A DNA stretch of 62,854 nucleotides, counting the filler. It is 3 parts of 3 records of this genome, joined end to end, with 100 filler letters (N's around TTAATTAATTAA, not from the genome) between each part and the next. Parts side by side here need not be neighbours in the genome. Positions count along the whole stretch, not along the records: positions 49,834 to 62,854 come from SRR16203515_1187; 2 more parts are not named here. One strand, written 5' to 3'. The notes below the pieces were generated by a model. The model did not search any database, was not told the origin of the DNA, and saw nothing but the letters and a program-made list of their open reading frames with translations. The translations under genes were made by a program, and so were the position numbers. Positions 60,100 through 62,854 of the stretch are shown in pieces. How positions within the stretch are numbered: position 1 is the first letter of the stretch; each line of letters opens with the position of its first letter.

Positions 60100-61535
60100 T
60101 TCAAGAAAGTTTTAACTTAGGCTAAATATGAGAAAACGAAATGGTTAAAGGTTAAACTCGACTCCATAAACGGCATAGAGCGTTACTTCGTGGAGATCAA
60201 AAACCCAGTTATCGACAATTTAACGATATTTATCGTTTAAAATACAATGGTTGCAGCACAATACTTTATAGGCGACAAACAGCCTTTTAACATGCGTCCG
60301 ATAACCCATCCACACTTTGTATTTCCCCTGCCAGACCTTTCACAGCCCACGGCCATTTATGTTCATGTAGACACGAAGAGCAGTGAGCAAGGACGGCTTG
60401 TTATATGGCCTGAGGTGGCATTCTATCGAGCAGAGCAAACACGGTAATTAATCATAGGCATTTACTTTTGGCTTATGGGCATAATGGCGGTTTACAATTT
60501 GCTTCTGTATGCTTCAATTAAAGACAATACCTTGTTGGTTTATGTGGCCTACGTTTCATCCATGACCCTGTTCTACCTAAGCTTGAGTGCCGTTGGTTTT
60601 CAATATTTTTGGCCTAATAGCCTTTGGTAGAACGATCAATCTATTGTCATATTTCTCCTGTGCTTTATTAGTTTGTTCTTATCTGCTTTTTTAAACTATC
60701 CAAGTGTTATTCAGATCACCACCTATTTGGTCGTTTCCGCTTGTTTTTGGGGAATAAGCTGAGACGCAACTAGGCTCGTTCATAGTTCAACGCTTGCGGT
60801 TTACTAAACCATTGCATGGGGTGTTGCGCCTTGTGGCGGAGTCATTCTAACAACAAATAAATTTACCTTAATAGACGAACTTGGTTTAGTGAGCATGCAC
60901 AATAAATAAGCACTTCCATAGAATTTGCTTGCTTATCATTTGAGATTGATGAAAGGATCCGCTTTTAAAAAACGCAAAAAAGACGACATCCAAAGTCCAC
61001 TAGTCATTTCGTAAAAGATTTAAAATGAACCACTGGAGCTTCAAGTAAAAAAACCAACCCCATGAATTACAAAAAGTGTTATCACAGCTTGAACTGCCAA
61101 TAATACTGACCACCTCACACAAATTGCTAACCGACGTAAACTCAATTAGTCACTCACGGAAGAATGCGCGCACCATGCGCTTCAAACATCCTTTTAATCT
61201 ATTTCTTATAGAAATTGATTTCTTTAAATTAATAAACGACGAACATACTTATAAAGTAGGAGACAATTGTCTTGTGCATATTGCCTCTTTACTCACGCAA
61301 TGCCGTGACTTCTCAACAAGTATGGTTGCACGGTATGGAGGCGAAGAATTTTGTATTTTGCTACCAGAGCTGACTTCTTCAGACGTATTTGAAATGGCTC
61401 AAAATGACGTTAAGTATTAGGAGTTATACCTCAATCAATACGCATGCCTAGCCAAACAACCTTATACAATATACAGACGCCGTACTATATGACGCTAAAA
61501 GTTAGGTCGAAACAGGGTTAACACATACGGTAATA
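60100..61535 (+). pseudogene. Decayed 7TM-DISM receptor diguanylate cyclase
   Basis: In-frame remnants: WLKVKL...IDNL*, IGDKQPF..RP...PHFVFP*, GIMAVYNLLLY...VGFQYFWP..W*. Later IEIDFFKLINDEH, ARYGGEEF and a terminal YDAKS*GRNRV. Many stops and frameshifts; boundaries approximate. Confidence 0.82.
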
Positions 61536-61538
61536 ACA

Positions 61539-62852
61539 TTAGGCAGCTGTAGCCAGCGACTTAGGTAACTTCAACTCAATACATATCCCCCCTAACAGGC
61601 TATTATGTGAACTAATCTTACCGTGATGTGCTTCTATAATTTTTCTACACATGGCAAGTCCCATCCCCTTGCCACCCAACATAGCACTGCGCGATGCCTC
61701 TTGCCGATACAGAGGTTGAAATAATTGCTGGTGTGCTTCATAAGTGAGAGGGGTACCAGAGTCTTCAATTCTTATTATTAAACCACCAGCATCTTGCAAA
61801 AAACTGAGTTGTACTTCAACGTCCTTGCCACCAAAGCGCAACGCGTTCTTTACTACCTCTAAAATAACTTTCTTCAACGCGTCAGGATCAAACTGAATAC
61901 ACTGAAGCTCCGTTATTTGTGAGTTAAGGTTTAAACTTTGGCGACGCATATCCACCAAATGCTGACACTCTTGATATACTTCATTAATAAATGGCTTTAA
62001 TTTCATACTTTTAAATTTCAACAACTTATGCATATCACCAGAGCTCGTAACTAACATGAGGGAATTGATGAATTGATTAAGTTCATCAATTTTATCCATC
62101 AATTTAACATAAGAGTCATGAACGTTATCGACAATATTATGTTGCAGTGACTCTACCTGTATTTTCATGACGGTCAAAGGCGTTCGCAGTTCATGAGATA
62201 AATCAGTAAACAGCTGCGCTTCGTGCTTTTCAATATCATGCTTTTGCTGCTCGAAGGTAAGTTTTTCAAACGCCACCGTTTGATTCAGTGAGTTAACTTG
62301 ATTTTGTAGTTGAAAGACCAATTGTTTTTGTACTGATTTATGTTGAATTGCCATTGCTATCGTGAATAAACACACCTCGACTAAGTAACCAATTTTGATA
62401 TAACTGGCAATCTCGAATACATCAAAAGCATTCCCAAAACTCGCCCCCATTATCGTAAGTGCATTTAGAAAAAAAATATGATTAACTAAACTCAATGCAA
62501 AAATTCGAATCCCTGGCGCTGACTGCTTTAATGACCACCAGCAGGTATAAGCAAACAAGGGAATAATGAGGGTACTCGTGATGAGGTTGTAATATACAGT
62601 CTCAAGATAAAGCGCGATAGGCAATAACAAGCAGTAAAGACATGTAAATCCGATGTATAGTTTATCCAGAACCACATTGTGATATTTCAATTGTAAAAAG
62701 CCGCGGACAAATAACAGATGAAATATAGGCACCACGGCCATCAAACCAATTGAAAATAGACCAGCGAACGCACCATGACTTGGCCAAATATACTGATAGG
62801 TAAACCCAGCCATATCAACAACGATAATAAAAAATAGAAACGTCCAAATGGC
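61539..62852 (-). CDS. Multi-TM (7TM-DISM-like) sensor histidine kinase, 5'-partial
   Basis: GFTYQYIWP membrane motif, LSHELRTPL, EVVKNALRF, IEDSG, GKGMGLAM. The frame is open to the window end. Confidence 0.9.
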   Translation of the reverse strand, partial: AIWTFLFFIIVVDMAGFTYQYIWPSHGAFAGLFSIGLMAVVPIFHLLFVRGFLQLKYHNVVLDKLYIGFTCLYCLLLPIALYLETVYYNLITSTLIIPLFAYTCWWSLKQSAPGIRIFALSLVNHIFFLNALTIMGASFGNAFDVFEIASYIKIGYLVEVCLFTIAMAIQHKSVQKQLVFQLQNQVNSLNQTVAFEKLTFEQQKHDIEKHEAQLFTDLSHELRTPLTVMKIQVESLQHNIVDNVHDSYVKLMDKIDELNQFINSLMLVTSSGDMHKLLKFKSMKLKPFINEVYQECQHLVDMRRQSLNLNSQITELQCIQFDPDALKKVILEVVKNALRFGGKDVEVQLSFLQDAGGLIIRIEDSGTPLTYEAHQQLFQPLYRQEASRSAMLGGKGMGLAMCRKIIEAHHGKISSHNSLLGGICIELKLPKSLATAA

Positions 62853-62854
62853 GT

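Noticed and set aside
59909-60115. Independent 68-aa small protein
   Set aside because: It lies immediately before the DISM2-like remnants and is more likely part of the decayed gene's 5' end, or spurious.

Overview
The window is not one locus. It is three unrelated contigs joined by two artificial 100-nt spacers (N44-TTAATTAATTAA-N44 at 17751-17850 and 49734-49833). Taxonomic labels below are inferred from gene content. Contig A (1-17750, Vibrio-like) carries part of a type VI secretion cluster on the minus strand: an MFS transporter, two periplasmic binding proteins, tagH/fha, tssJ, tssK, tssL-SPOR, tssM and a short Ser/Thr kinase, resembling the Vibrio vts-type T6SS. Beside it lie an orphan 409-aa candidate effector and an RpfC/RpfG-like hybrid kinase plus HD-GYP pair. 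Contig B (17851-49733, probably a marine gammaproteobacterium) begins with ispZ-bolA and an uncharacterised MotA/ExbB + ExbD/YfaP-like + small membrane protein triad. It continues with asparaginase II, gcvH-lipA, aapJQMP, an HNH nuclease, an MFS gene with an in-frame TGA, a SufE-like gene and an orphan ABC ATPase. It ends with an organosulfur/C1 block: a DddQ-like DMSP lyase, the methanethiol oxidase cluster (mtoX, SCO-MauG fusion, SCO), a hairpin-rich intergenic region, two aldehyde:ferredoxin oxidoreductases, two FAD oxidoreductases, bioY, a class IV aminotransferase, and a sarcosine-oxidase-like soxA/soxG split by a beta-keto acid cleavage enzyme. Contig C (49834-62854, Pseudoalteromonas-like) has a glucose/mannose locus (gluP, AGE-family isomerase, PfkB kinase), a TPR histidine kinase, an LRR-kinase, ycgN, a DUF885 lipoprotein, a decayed 7TM-DISM GGDEF pseudogene and a partial histidine kinase. 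I recognised no rRNA, tRNA, CRISPR array or transposase. The best candidates for undescribed biology are the stator-like motor triad, the DMSP-lyase/MtoX/AOR block with its structured intergenic region, and the orphan T6SS-adjacent protein. All calls come from motif reading only; no searches were run.
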